Shown here: piece after piece, positions 8,463 to 16,057 of the stretch
Position numbering within the stretch: the stretch's first letter is position 1
Layout: every line of letters starts with the position of its first letter
Assembly: GCF_000016165.1 (NCBI RefSeq)
Contig: NC_009253.1
Location: 2,893,484-2,925,483 of the forward strand
Length of the DNA stretch: 32,000 bases
Direction of reading: 5' to 3'
DNA from: Desulforamulus reducens MI-1
GTDB taxonomy: Bacteria > Bacillota > Desulfotomaculia > Desulfotomaculales > Desulfotomaculaceae
Position numbers and translations under genes: made by a program
The notes under the pieces: model-generated
What the model was told of the DNA's origin: nothing
Database searches by the model: none
Seen by the model: the letters and a program-made list of their open reading frames with translations, nothing else

Positions 8463-9167
8463 TCAATCAGTTTTTTTCTGAACCAATTCTTCCCACTGGG
8501 GTCCGTTGGAGTTGATATCGGTACTGTACCACCAGATCACCCGATCCCCTGGCTCCACCTTTTGTTCTGTTGCCGCCACCATAGGTACTTGACCGTTTAC
8601 CTTATACATCCAGCCGTTCATTCCTTTGTTATGCTGACCGGCAATACTGCTTACAAAGCTACTAGTCTGCATGCCATAGCGTAACCCGGTGGCATGGAGC
8701 ACTCCCATGGCCGTCATGCCCCACGGGTTATCCTGGTTGATTTCCAAATCCTGAGGTCCAAAAAGCACCTCCCCCTGTTGACCAACCACGGCGATACCAA
8801 TGAGAAGATTTTTCACAGGGGTTGTCGTGGCTGGTGGCGTAGGGGAAGTACCCCCTTGAACTGGGGATGGATCCTGTTTGTCAATATTATTTTTTTTATC
8901 TAGAATCTTTTTTTGCCCATCAGAAGTTACCTTTGACTCCTGTGACTCCTGCTTTTGCTTTTCTTTCGGTTGTGGGTCCGTTACTTTATCACCCGCGGGA
9001 GATGCCAAAGGGGGTTGACTCATTTGTTCCTTTTGAACCGGGGGCGGGTGACCAGTGCCACCCGCTTGACGATTATCCTGTTGACTATAGATGATTGAAC
9101 CGAACAAAACAGATACCACAACCGCCAGGATTACCCAGTGCCAACCAAATAGACCTGCTTTTTTCAC
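8463..9167 (-). CDS. Membrane-anchored DUF4430 (transcobalamin-like C-terminal domain) protein
   Basis: GTG start with AGGTGGA SD. It has an N-terminal TM anchor (WHWVILAVVVSVLFGSIIY), a P/Q/K/T-rich linker, and a C-terminal ~100-aa domain clearly paralogous to residues ~647-745 of the 1174-aa protein (shared WGMTAM, GW MY.VNG, PMV, GD.VIWWYS.DIN). Confidence 0.7.
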   Translation of the reverse strand: MKKAGLFGWHWVILAVVVSVLFGSIIYSQQDNRQAGGTGHPPPVQKEQMSQPPLASPAGDKVTDPQPKEKQKQESQESKVTSDGQKKILDKKNNIDKQDPSPVQGGTSPTPPATTTPVKNLLIGIAVVGQQGEVLFGPQDLEINQDNPWGMTAMGVLHATGLRYGMQTSSFVSSIAGQHNKGMNGWMYKVNGQVPMVAATEQKVEPGDRVIWWYSTDINSNGPQWEELVQKKTD

Positions 9168-9178
9168 CCTTTATCCAC

Positions 9179-12100
9179 CTACTTCATAGATACTAAACGA
9201 TGGAGTAGCACAGCGACTTCTGCCCGGGTAGCCGGGTTTTTGGGTCGAAAGGTATTATCTTCATATCCCTTGATTACGCCCTGGTCCAACATGGTCGCAA
9301 CACTTTCGGAAGCCCAGGGTCCAATGGTCTCCCGGTCGTTAAAGGTCACCGGTTTTTCCCCTCCGGTCAATTGGAAAGCCCTCACCAGCATCACCGCCAT
9401 CTCTTCCCGGGTCACCGGATGATGCGGGTCAAAGGTACCATCCGGATACCCGCTGACAATCTTAGCCTTAGCAGCAGCGCTTACCGGAGAGGCAAACCAG
9501 TCGGTGGGAGAAATATCTGAGAAGGGGTACATATCACTGGCAGAGAGATTTTTGATGCGAGCCAATAAGGTAGCCAGTTCGGCCCGGGTAATGGTACGGC
9601 CCGGTTCAAAACGCTCCTCAGATACGCCGCTAATAATCCCCTGACCAGCCAACGATTCAATGGCGTCCCGGGCCCAGTCAAAGCCGGTTAAATCAGCAAA
9701 AGTCTTTCTGGCTGGTTGAGGATCCATGGTTGGCGTAGTTGTTTTTCCTGTCACCATATAGCGGGAGAAGTGGGAAATACGAGCCATGATAAGGCTTCTC
9801 TCTGCATCAAAAACAGCAGGCAATGCCACCCAGGTTTTTTCTTGGGGATTGTACCAAGAAAAAACTAGGTTTTCTGGCTGAACATTTTCGGGCAAAGCCA
9901 CTTGAATGGCCACCGTTACCGGTTCGCTAAAAGTCAACCCCTCAGGTCCCATGTGGTAAACCGGAGAAACAGCTCGGAATCCTTCGGGAAGTTTCTCCCA
10001 GCCTTGGATACTGCTGTTGATGTCGGATGGTGACATAGGCAATGGTGTTTCTTCACGGACGGTAATTTGCGCACTAGCACCAAGGGCATTGGCCGGGATC
10101 ACCAGAGCCATTTCTTCTCCTGCATCGGAGACAACCGCCCCTTTATTGGCTTCCACCTGTTGCTCAATCTCTACTCGATTAGCTTGCAGCTTTTTTTGCC
10201 GTTCTTGGGCTTCTTCCCCCTTCATCAGTTTATCAGGGGCAACCACCGCCACCGCCTGCTTTACATCACTTAGCGACCCCAAAACAGAAGTGCTGCCTGC
10301 AATGCCAAGTACCTTCTGAATATCCTCCAAGGTTTTTGCAACACTGCTTGTAGGTTGTAAAGAGGACGGGAGTAAGTCCACTTGTTCTTGCACAGATGAG
10401 GGGATGTTCGAATTAACCGCCGGCTGATTGGACCAACTTCCATCAGTTGCAGTTTCCCAGGTAGGGCCGGGATTATTGATGTCCAAGCTGTACCACCAAA
10501 TAACCTTATCCCCATCCTTAACAGGCTGATCCTTAGCCATAACCATGGGGGTTCGTCCGTTAACCATATACATCCAACCCGTCATACCCTGGTTGGCTTC
10601 TCCTTCAATGGCCGTGACGAAACCGTCTCGGTCACTGTAACTAAGCCCGGTCTGGTGTAAAGCTTCCATAGCAGTCATGCCCCACTGGCCAGTTTTTTCT
10701 ACAGTGACATAGGAGGGGCCAAACAGCTTGCTACCTGTTTTTCCAACCACTATCACACCTACACTGGCAGTATCTACCCCAGGTGTGTTACCGCCGTCCC
10801 CTGGGGTAGAACCGCCGGAGGAGGGAGTAAAACCTAACGTGTGAAAGGCATTTAGGGCTATGGTGGCGCCAAAAACATTTTTGCTGTCACCAAAGCTACC
10901 ATCATTGTTTAGGGATTTTTCCAGCAGCCAGTCCACGGGGCTTTTGCCCTCACCACTTTTTAATTCCCGGGGATCCTGGTTCAAACGCTTCATGGTTAGG
11001 ATCATCTCGGAAGTGTCTACCACCGCATCGTCCCAGCCAGTTTGATAGCTGCCATCATTCCTTTGCTTTTCTTTAAGATAGTCCACCCCTTTTTTGATAC
11101 TGGCAGCAACATCTGCATCGGTGGCATAGCCCTTTAGGTAGGTTAAGGATCGAACCGCCTGGGAAGTGGCCATAAAGTCGGGATAATCTGGGTATGTACT
11201 ATCCCATGCTCCCATGTTGTCCCCATCACTAATCTGCCGATCGAGCAGGAAGATCCTGGCATCGTCCTTAATGGCATCTATCTGTCCCTCTGTCCCCAGG
11301 GCCAGATACGCCCATACATCACCAAAGAGGTTGTTGGAAAAGCCCTGAGACGAATGCTGATCATGTAATAAAAACGTCAGCTTCTCCACACGCTCGGCCT
11401 CTTCAAATCCCTTCATGGCCAATAGGTTTAAACCTACGGACTTAGCCTGGGGAACTTTGGCCCAAAGAGCATTTTCACCTGCGTACTGGTCATAGGTAAG
11501 TCCTTGTTTTTTTAAGGCAATTAGCAACTCGGCTGCCGCGGTACTGCTATCTCCGCTGACAGGTAGGGCTGCCGTATCCTTGTCTTGTACACTCTTTAGG
11601 TAGGTTAAGGCGTCATCGATGGCTTCCCCTGCCACATCGGAATCAAATTTCGATAAAGCAGTCACCGCCTGGGCGGTCAACTCCGAATCCTTGGGTGTAT
11701 ATGAAGTACCATAGGCTTTGCCTGCCGGAGTGCCCCACTCATCATGGTCTCTTTGGAATTCATTAAGGTAGGTCAGGGCATTAACCTGATCCACACCGGT
11801 TAGTTGGTTGGTTTCCCCCAAGGCTCTTAACACAGCCACCTGGTCAAAGACGCCAAAATCTCCGCCTGAACCGAAATAAACCTGCCCTTCTTCTGTAACA
11901 GAAGCTTTGCTACGTATAGCATCGCCCAGTTGACTCACCTTTTCATGGGTTGGTTCAAGGGCATATAGAGCACCTAAATGTTTAGCCAATTCAGTGGCTG
12001 ATTTATCGTTGGCATTTTCTGCAGCATATACGGCTTCGGCTACGGCTTTGTCTTGTAAGGAAATTCCGTTTTTTACCCAGCCATCCTGGGTTAAGTCTTC

Positions 12101-12703
12101 TCCGGCAGTTTTTAATGCTACAACTGTTCGAGCATCAAAGGCGGCAAAACCGCTGTTACTATAATCCTCTGAAAGGGGATAACGGCTTTTCAAAAAAGCA
12201 ACGGCCTTGGTGATAGCCTGTTCCACTCTTTCTTTTAAGGCTCCGTCCAAATCATCTTTGATCAGAGCCAGGGCTTCTAAGGCTATTTTGGTTCCATATT
12301 CGTTAGCATAAGGCCCAAAGCTACCATCCGGATTCTCGTGAACCAGAAGGTAAGTAATCAAGCTGTTTTTTTCCAATCCCAGTTCGTGTCCGATGGTGAT
12401 GGCGTCCGTAGCCTTAACCAAGTCTTGTTTGGCCGACGGGCAATATGGTTTTGTCCACTTGTCAGAACCCAAATCTTCCCCAGCTAGGGTTAAAACATAA
12501 GCCGTATAGCCGTCCAAACTTTCCCCGGCCATATATTTTTCATGTATGAACTCTACGGCTTTGCCAGCTAATTCTCCTCCACTGGCTGTTGTAGGTTCGT
12601 TGGCAAACGCAGAAAAAGGAAGTAGCAGATTGGTTAAAAAACATACCATGAACAACAACACGATTCTCTTGCCAATCGATGAATTAAAAAAGAGGTTTCC
12701 CAT
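9179..12703 (-). CDS. Large S-layer-homology (SLH) anchored surface protein: signal peptide, extended alpha/alpha-toroid repeat region, DUF4430 domain, unknown domain, three C-terminal SLH modules
   Basis: 1174-aa ORF, ATG with AAGGAG SD. Signal peptide ends ...LLPFSAFANE. Toroid-type repeats: HENPDGSFGPY, RQISDGDNMGAWDS, KQRNDGSYQTGWDD, LNNDGSFGDS. It also carries a G/S/T/P linker, a DUF4430 domain and three SLH repeats. Confidence 0.8.
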   Translation of the reverse strand: MGNLFFNSSIGKRIVLLFMVCFLTNLLLPFSAFANEPTTASGGELAGKAVEFIHEKYMAGESLDGYTAYVLTLAGEDLGSDKWTKPYCPSAKQDLVKATDAITIGHELGLEKNSLITYLLVHENPDGSFGPYANEYGTKIALEALALIKDDLDGALKERVEQAITKAVAFLKSRYPLSEDYSNSGFAAFDARTVVALKTAGEDLTQDGWVKNGISLQDKAVAEAVYAAENANDKSATELAKHLGALYALEPTHEKVSQLGDAIRSKASVTEEGQVYFGSGGDFGVFDQVAVLRALGETNQLTGVDQVNALTYLNEFQRDHDEWGTPAGKAYGTSYTPKDSELTAQAVTALSKFDSDVAGEAIDDALTYLKSVQDKDTAALPVSGDSSTAAAELLIALKKQGLTYDQYAGENALWAKVPQAKSVGLNLLAMKGFEEAERVEKLTFLLHDQHSSQGFSNNLFGDVWAYLALGTEGQIDAIKDDARIFLLDRQISDGDNMGAWDSTYPDYPDFMATSQAVRSLTYLKGYATDADVAASIKKGVDYLKEKQRNDGSYQTGWDDAVVDTSEMILTMKRLNQDPRELKSGEGKSPVDWLLEKSLNNDGSFGDSKNVFGATIALNAFHTLGFTPSSGGSTPGDGGNTPGVDTASVGVIVVGKTGSKLFGPSYVTVEKTGQWGMTAMEALHQTGLSYSDRDGFVTAIEGEANQGMTGWMYMVNGRTPMVMAKDQPVKDGDKVIWWYSLDINNPGPTWETATDGSWSNQPAVNSNIPSSVQEQVDLLPSSLQPTSSVAKTLEDIQKVLGIAGSTSVLGSLSDVKQAVAVVAPDKLMKGEEAQERQKKLQANRVEIEQQVEANKGAVVSDAGEEMALVIPANALGASAQITVREETPLPMSPSDINSSIQGWEKLPEGFRAVSPVYHMGPEGLTFSEPVTVAIQVALPENVQPENLVFSWYNPQEKTWVALPAVFDAERSLIMARISHFSRYMVTGKTTTPTMDPQPARKTFADLTGFDWARDAIESLAGQGIISGVSEERFEPGRTITRAELATLLARIKNLSASDMYPFSDISPTDWFASPVSAAAKAKIVSGYPDGTFDPHHPVTREEMAVMLVRAFQLTGGEKPVTFNDRETIGPWASESVATMLDQGVIKGYEDNTFRPKNPATRAEVAVLLHRLVSMK
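9194..9703 (-). other. Three tandem SLH cell-wall-binding modules (domain-level annotation inside the 1174-aa CDS)
   Basis: Residues ~1001-1170: FADLTGFDWARDAIESLAGQGIISG...TRAELATLLARI; FSDISPTDWFASPVSAAAKAKIVSGYPDGTFDPHHPVTREEMAVMLVRAF; FNDRETIGPWASESVATMLDQGVIKGYEDNTFRPKNPATRAEVAVLLHRL. Confidence 0.85.
10469..10765 (-). other. DUF4430 / transcobalamin-like C-terminal domain inside the 1174-aa CDS
   Basis: Residues ~647-745: SVGVIVVGKTGSKLFGPSYVTVEKTGQWGMTAMEALHQTGLSYSDRDGFVTAIEGEANQGMTGWMYMVNGRTPMVMAKDQPVKDGDKVIWWYSLDIN. It aligns by eye along its whole length with the C-terminal domain of the 234-aa protein. Confidence 0.7.
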
Positions 12704-12718
12704 TACACATTTCTCCTT

Positions 12719-13444
12719 CTAGTTATCTGATATTGCTTGACAATATTTTTGAATAGCTCCGGTTAGAGTTCTTTGAACGCCGTTGGCCAATAGACAGCCG
12801 GTTACAGTAGTGGGGCCGGCATAATCCGCCAAAGGTCCTTTGGGATTTCCCGCCACAATGACAGCATCGGTACCCGTACCAGTGGCCGGAAAACCCGACT
12901 GAAGACATCGAACCCCCATCTCTCCCAGAGTTCTGGTCTTGGCTTCAGTAATGGTTTGCACCGCATTAACCAATCCTCCCGGTGTCAACGAATGGGACAA
13001 AAAGGCCATGATGTTGATGGTTCCCGGACAGGGCTTGGTTTGAGAAAAACAAACCGTTAGGCCTGCCGCACAAGCATTGCTCAAGCCAGCGGTGGTGATG
13101 ACCACAGCCTCCTGGGTTCCACAAGCCAGTTGAGCCCATACGCCATGACTAACCCAGGCGGCTGTCATTAGAGCAGAGCAAGCGTCTATTTGACAAAAAG
13201 GCAGGGTTGCCTCTAACCATTTTGTCATTTCCTGGTTTGGGTTGCAGGCATCATAATTTTTGGACACCTGTCGATTTAGAAAAAGAAGTTTAGTACCAAT
13301 ACCCCCACCCAAGACGCCGGAGCCAATGGAAAGCCAAGGTTCATTAGCCTCTACCAGAATACACTTTGAAGTTACCCGGCCTCGCAATCCAGACAGCAAA
13401 TGGATTGGCGTGTCGGGCTTAGGCGAAAACATATTCATCTTCAC
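12719..13444 (-). CDS. cbiZ: Adenosylcobinamide amidohydrolase (corrinoid salvage/remodelling)
   Basis: 241-aa ORF, GTG start with GGAGGG 6 nt upstream. Motifs I associate with the CbiZ family: LSIGSGVLGGG, MTAA, GTINIM, LVNAVQTITEAKT, ATGTGTDAVIVAG. It is the first gene downstream of the cobalamin riboswitch. Confidence 0.8.
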   Translation of the reverse strand: MKMNMFSPKPDTPIHLLSGLRGRVTSKCILVEANEPWLSIGSGVLGGGIGTKLLFLNRQVSKNYDACNPNQEMTKWLEATLPFCQIDACSALMTAAWVSHGVWAQLACGTQEAVVITTAGLSNACAAGLTVCFSQTKPCPGTINIMAFLSHSLTPGGLVNAVQTITEAKTRTLGEMGVRCLQSGFPATGTGTDAVIVAGNPKGPLADYAGPTTVTGCLLANGVQRTLTGAIQKYCQAISDN

Positions 13445-13534
13445 GGACAGCCCTCCATAGATTGTTTTTCCTCAGTGATAAAAAAACAATACATCTCCTT
13501 TGCTATAAAATAATTGTTTGTACTAAGCACAAAT

Positions 13535-13561
13535 AAACCTTACCCAAAAAAGGTAAGGTTT
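13535..13561 (-). terminator. Putative riboswitch expression-platform terminator hairpin
   Basis: RNA sense: AAACCUUACC-UUUUUUG-GGUAAGGUUU followed by AUUUGUGCUU. It lies between the aptamer and the cbiZ start. The U-tract is only moderate, so control at the translational level is not excluded. Confidence 0.45.
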
Positions 13562-13628
13562 ATTGAAGTAAGCCACTGGCTTAGTGCCTCTCACCTTCCC
13601 ATCGACCGTGGGTATATTCTGGTGAAAC

Positions 13629-13805
13629 AAACAGGTAGGTCTCCTGACTTAGAATCATCAAAACTTCACGTCTTCCCAGTTGATTACCTCATCGGCTTAA
13701 ACCAGTGACACAGGTGTGAAGATTTTCATCCATACAGTGGCGGGACCGCGCCGGCTTTGCACCGGTCTTCCCTTTTAACGCTTCTTAATAATAAGCGGCC
13801 TGTTT
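13629..13805 (-). promoter_or_regulatory. Cobalamin (B12) riboswitch aptamer
   Basis: Minus-strand RNA reads ...AAAAGGGAAGACCGGTGCAAAGCCGGCGCGGTCCCGCCACTGTATGG... (GCCACTG core at 13741..13735) and ...AAGTCAGGAGACCTACC (B12 box, 13650..13634). A closing helix pairs AAACAGG (13805..13799) with CCTGTTT (13635..13629). It matches the conserved cobalamin-riboswitch core from memory. Confidence 0.9.
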
Positions 13806-13830
13806 CTTCTGTATAAAATTGTATAAATTG

Positions 13831-13859
13831 ATATAACTTGGATATTAATCTTTATTCAA
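13831..13859 (-). promoter_or_regulatory. Candidate sigma-A promoter for the riboswitch operon
   Basis: Minus strand: TTGAAT (13859..13854), 17-nt spacer, TTATAT (13836..13831). This predicts a start ~20 nt upstream of the riboswitch P1 helix. Sequence match only. Confidence 0.35.
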
Positions 13860-13910
13860 TATATTTCTATAAAATCCTCTAACTTATATTTATTTTTGTA
13901 TTAAGTTAAA

Positions 13911-13954
13911 CAAAAAAGAAGCATAACGTATCCATAGCGGATATTTATGCTTCT
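13911..13954 (-). terminator. Intrinsic terminator downstream of tRNA-Gly
   Basis: Minus strand: stem AGAAGCATAA / TTATGCTTCT (13954..13945 and 13926..13917) followed by TTTTTTG. It separates the tRNA/rph transcription unit from the riboswitch promoter. Confidence 0.6.
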
Positions 13955-13968
13955 TTATATAAAATAAA

Positions 13969-14042
13969 TGGAGCGGGTGAAGGGAATCGAACCCTCGTAA
14001 TCGGCTTGGAAGGCCGACGCTCTACCATTGAGCTACACCCGC
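13969..14042 (-). tRNA. tRNA-Gly (anticodon UCC), 74 nt with genomically encoded CCA
   Basis: Reverse complement GCGGGTGTAGCTCAATGGTAGAGCGTCGGCCTTCCAAGCCGATTACGAGGGTTCGATTCCCTTCACCCGCTCCA folds as a cloverleaf. Acceptor GCGGGTG/CACCCGC, D arm GCTC/GAGC, anticodon stem TCGGC/GCCGA with loop CT-TCC-AA, and T arm with a TTCGATT loop. Confidence 0.95.
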
Positions 14043-14199
14043 ATAATCTTATGGAATCATACTTTTCACCGGAACGAATATTATTATATCAAACTCACAG
14101 CAATTGTCAACAGTATTTTTACCCTTTGTTTTTTAATTTCAACAAATTATCAATCAGGCCACAGTTTTTTCCGCGGCCTGATAAATTAAAGACTACTTC

Positions 14200-14688
14200 T
14201 TAGGGATAAAAGTAATCAATATGGAAAATTTCTGTATTTATCTTATTGCCTTGTATTTCAATAAGACCCACTGAGGGTCTTTTCCTACCCCTTGGCTGTA
14301 CCGGACTTCCCGGGTTGATGATCATAATATTATCAATAACCCGAAAATCAGAAATATGAGTATGTCCATAAATGGCCACCTGAGCCCCTAATTCCTTTGC
14401 CCTTTCCAAAATGGAATTGGTACCATACTTTACACCATGCCGATGCCCATGGGTTATGAATATTTTAAAACCTTCCACCTCTAGTAAATCTTCAATGGGG
14501 GCATCACCAGGATAATCACAGTTACCCATGACTCCCTTGGCAGGTACCTCCAGGGTAAAGGCCAATTCATTGCAATCCCGATAGTGATCCCCAGCATGGA
14601 GAATGAGGTCCACCTTCCCTATATGTTTCATTATATGATAAATGGGACCCAGCCTACCGTGGGTATCCGCTAAAACCAAAATACGCAA
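14200..14688 (-). CDS. YfcE/MJ0936-family metallophosphoesterase
   Basis: 162 aa, TTG start with AGGAGG SD. Calcineurin-like motifs are present: LADTHG, GDH, GNCD, HGH, GHTH. Confidence 0.85.
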   Translation of the reverse strand: MRILVLADTHGRLGPIYHIMKHIGKVDLILHAGDHYRDCNELAFTLEVPAKGVMGNCDYPGDAPIEDLLEVEGFKIFITHGHRHGVKYGTNSILERAKELGAQVAIYGHTHISDFRVIDNIMIINPGSPVQPRGRKRPSVGLIEIQGNKINTEIFHIDYFYP

Positions 14689-14691
14689 TCC

Positions 14692-15297
14692 TTAAACCTC
14701 CTGGTGAATGTAAAGGCGGTTTAGAATCTCCATTGCTTTTTTTAGAGCTTTCCCCCGGTGACTAATGGAGTTCTTCTTTTCCATATCCAATTCTGCAAAG
14801 GTTTGTTTATATTCCGGCACGTAAAACAGGGGATCGTAGCCAAAACCACCCTCGCCCTTTAATTCTCTTAAAATAACCCCCTCACAGCTTCCTTCCGCTG
14901 TGTGAATCCTACCATTAGGTTCCGCAATGGCTATGACACACCGGAATCTGGCTGTCCGATGATCCTGGGGAACTCCTTCCAACAGACTTAATAATTTAGC
15001 ATTGTTTGCCGTATCGTCCTTGGGTTCCCCAGCAAAACGGGCTGAGTAAACCCCCGGCGCACCCTTTAATGCATCCACCTCTAAACCCGAATCATCGGCC
15101 AAAGCCAATTCTCCGGTAAATTCTGCTGCGGCCAGAGCTTTTTTAATGGCATTGTCTGCAAAGGTATTTCCGTCTTCCTCTACCTCTGTAAAACCCGGAA
15201 ATTCGCCGATGGAAACTACCTGATACCCGCAGGGTTTTAATAGCTCGGCCAACTCTTTCACTTTGCCTTTATTGTTGGTTGCTAAAACTAACTTCAA
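14692..15297 (-). CDS. rdgB: Non-canonical purine NTP pyrophosphatase (XTP/dITP diphosphatase), RdgB/HAM1 family
   Basis: 201 aa, TTG start with AGGTG SD. Family motifs: LATNNKGKVKE N-terminus, DDSGLEVDAL, GFGYDPLF, SHRGKAL. Confidence 0.9.
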   Translation of the reverse strand: MKLVLATNNKGKVKELAELLKPCGYQVVSIGEFPGFTEVEEDGNTFADNAIKKALAAAEFTGELALADDSGLEVDALKGAPGVYSARFAGEPKDDTANNAKLLSLLEGVPQDHRTARFRCVIAIAEPNGRIHTAEGSCEGVILRELKGEGGFGYDPLFYVPEYKQTFAELDMEKKNSISHRGKALKKAMEILNRLYIHQEV

Positions 15298-15306
15298 AAA
15301 TTACAC

Positions 15307-16044
15307 CTACCCTATCTTAGCTGCTATATCTCCCAGTACCTGGCGCTGAACCTTATTTAATTCTTCAATACCCGCTGCGGCTAAATCCAGAAGTTGATTC
15401 ATTTCTTCTCTGGAGAAGGTGGCTTCCTCCCCGGTACCCTGAATTTCAACAAATCGCCCTGTTCCAGTCATAACCACGTTCATATCCACTTCAGCAACAG
15501 AGTCCTCTGCGTAGCACAGGTCAATAACCGGTCTGCCCTTGACAATCCCTACACTGGTAGCAGCTATAAAGTCACTGACGGGTATTTTCTCTAGCATACC
15601 CTGTTCAACCAATCTGTTCAAGGCAAAAATCATTGCCACATAGGCTCCGGTAATGGATGCCGTACGGGTACCCCCATCGGCCTGAATAACATCACAATCC
15701 ATTGTTAGGCTACGTTCACCCAAGGCTTCCAGATTCACCACTGAACGAAGGGCACGACCAATCAGTCTTTGAATCTCCATTGTTCTACCACCAAGTTTTC
15801 CTCTGGCTGCTTCACGGATGGTACGGCTACCGGTGGCCCGGGGAAGCATAGAATATTCGGCAGTTACCCAGCCTTTGCCTAATCCCTTCAAGAAGGGCGG
15901 TACCCTTTCTTCCACGGTGGCAGTACAAATAACCCGCGTATCTCCTACTTCAATCAAAACAGAACCCTCAGCGTATTTGTTATAATTAGGTGTCATGCGC
16001 ACTGGACGTATTTGTCCCTGCTTTCTTCCGTCAACTCTGTCCAA
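15307..16044 (-). CDS. rph: Ribonuclease PH
   Basis: 245 aa, TTG start with AAGGAGG SD. Motifs: [62 protein letters not shown]. Confidence 0.95.
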
Positions 16045-16057
16045 ATGGATTGCCTCC

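Noticed and set aside
8790-9070. Low-complexity P/Q/K/T/E-rich coding stretch in the DUF4430 gene (and a similar P/Q/S stretch at about 25720-25810 in the amidase) considered as a nucleotide repeat or a foreign insertion
   Set aside because: These stretches are in frame and sit between a membrane anchor or targeting domains and the functional domain. They are typical flexible wall-spanning linkers, with no flanking direct repeats or mobility genes.
13514-13708. 64-aa plus-strand ORF in the cbiZ upstream region
   Set aside because: It is antisense to the cobalamin riboswitch and its expression platform, so the region is explained by the RNA element. It has no SD.
13862-14199. tRNA-Gly as an integration site, making the adjacent B12 operon a genomic island
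   Set aside because: I noticed no integrase, transposase or phage genes anywhere in the window, and no direct repeat of the tRNA 3' end. The flanks have ordinary terminators and promoters. It remains untested without a whole-genome comparison.
14006-14203. 65-aa plus-strand ORF
   Set aside because: Its 5' end is antisense to tRNA-Gly, and the remainder is AT-rich intergenic sequence. It has no SD.
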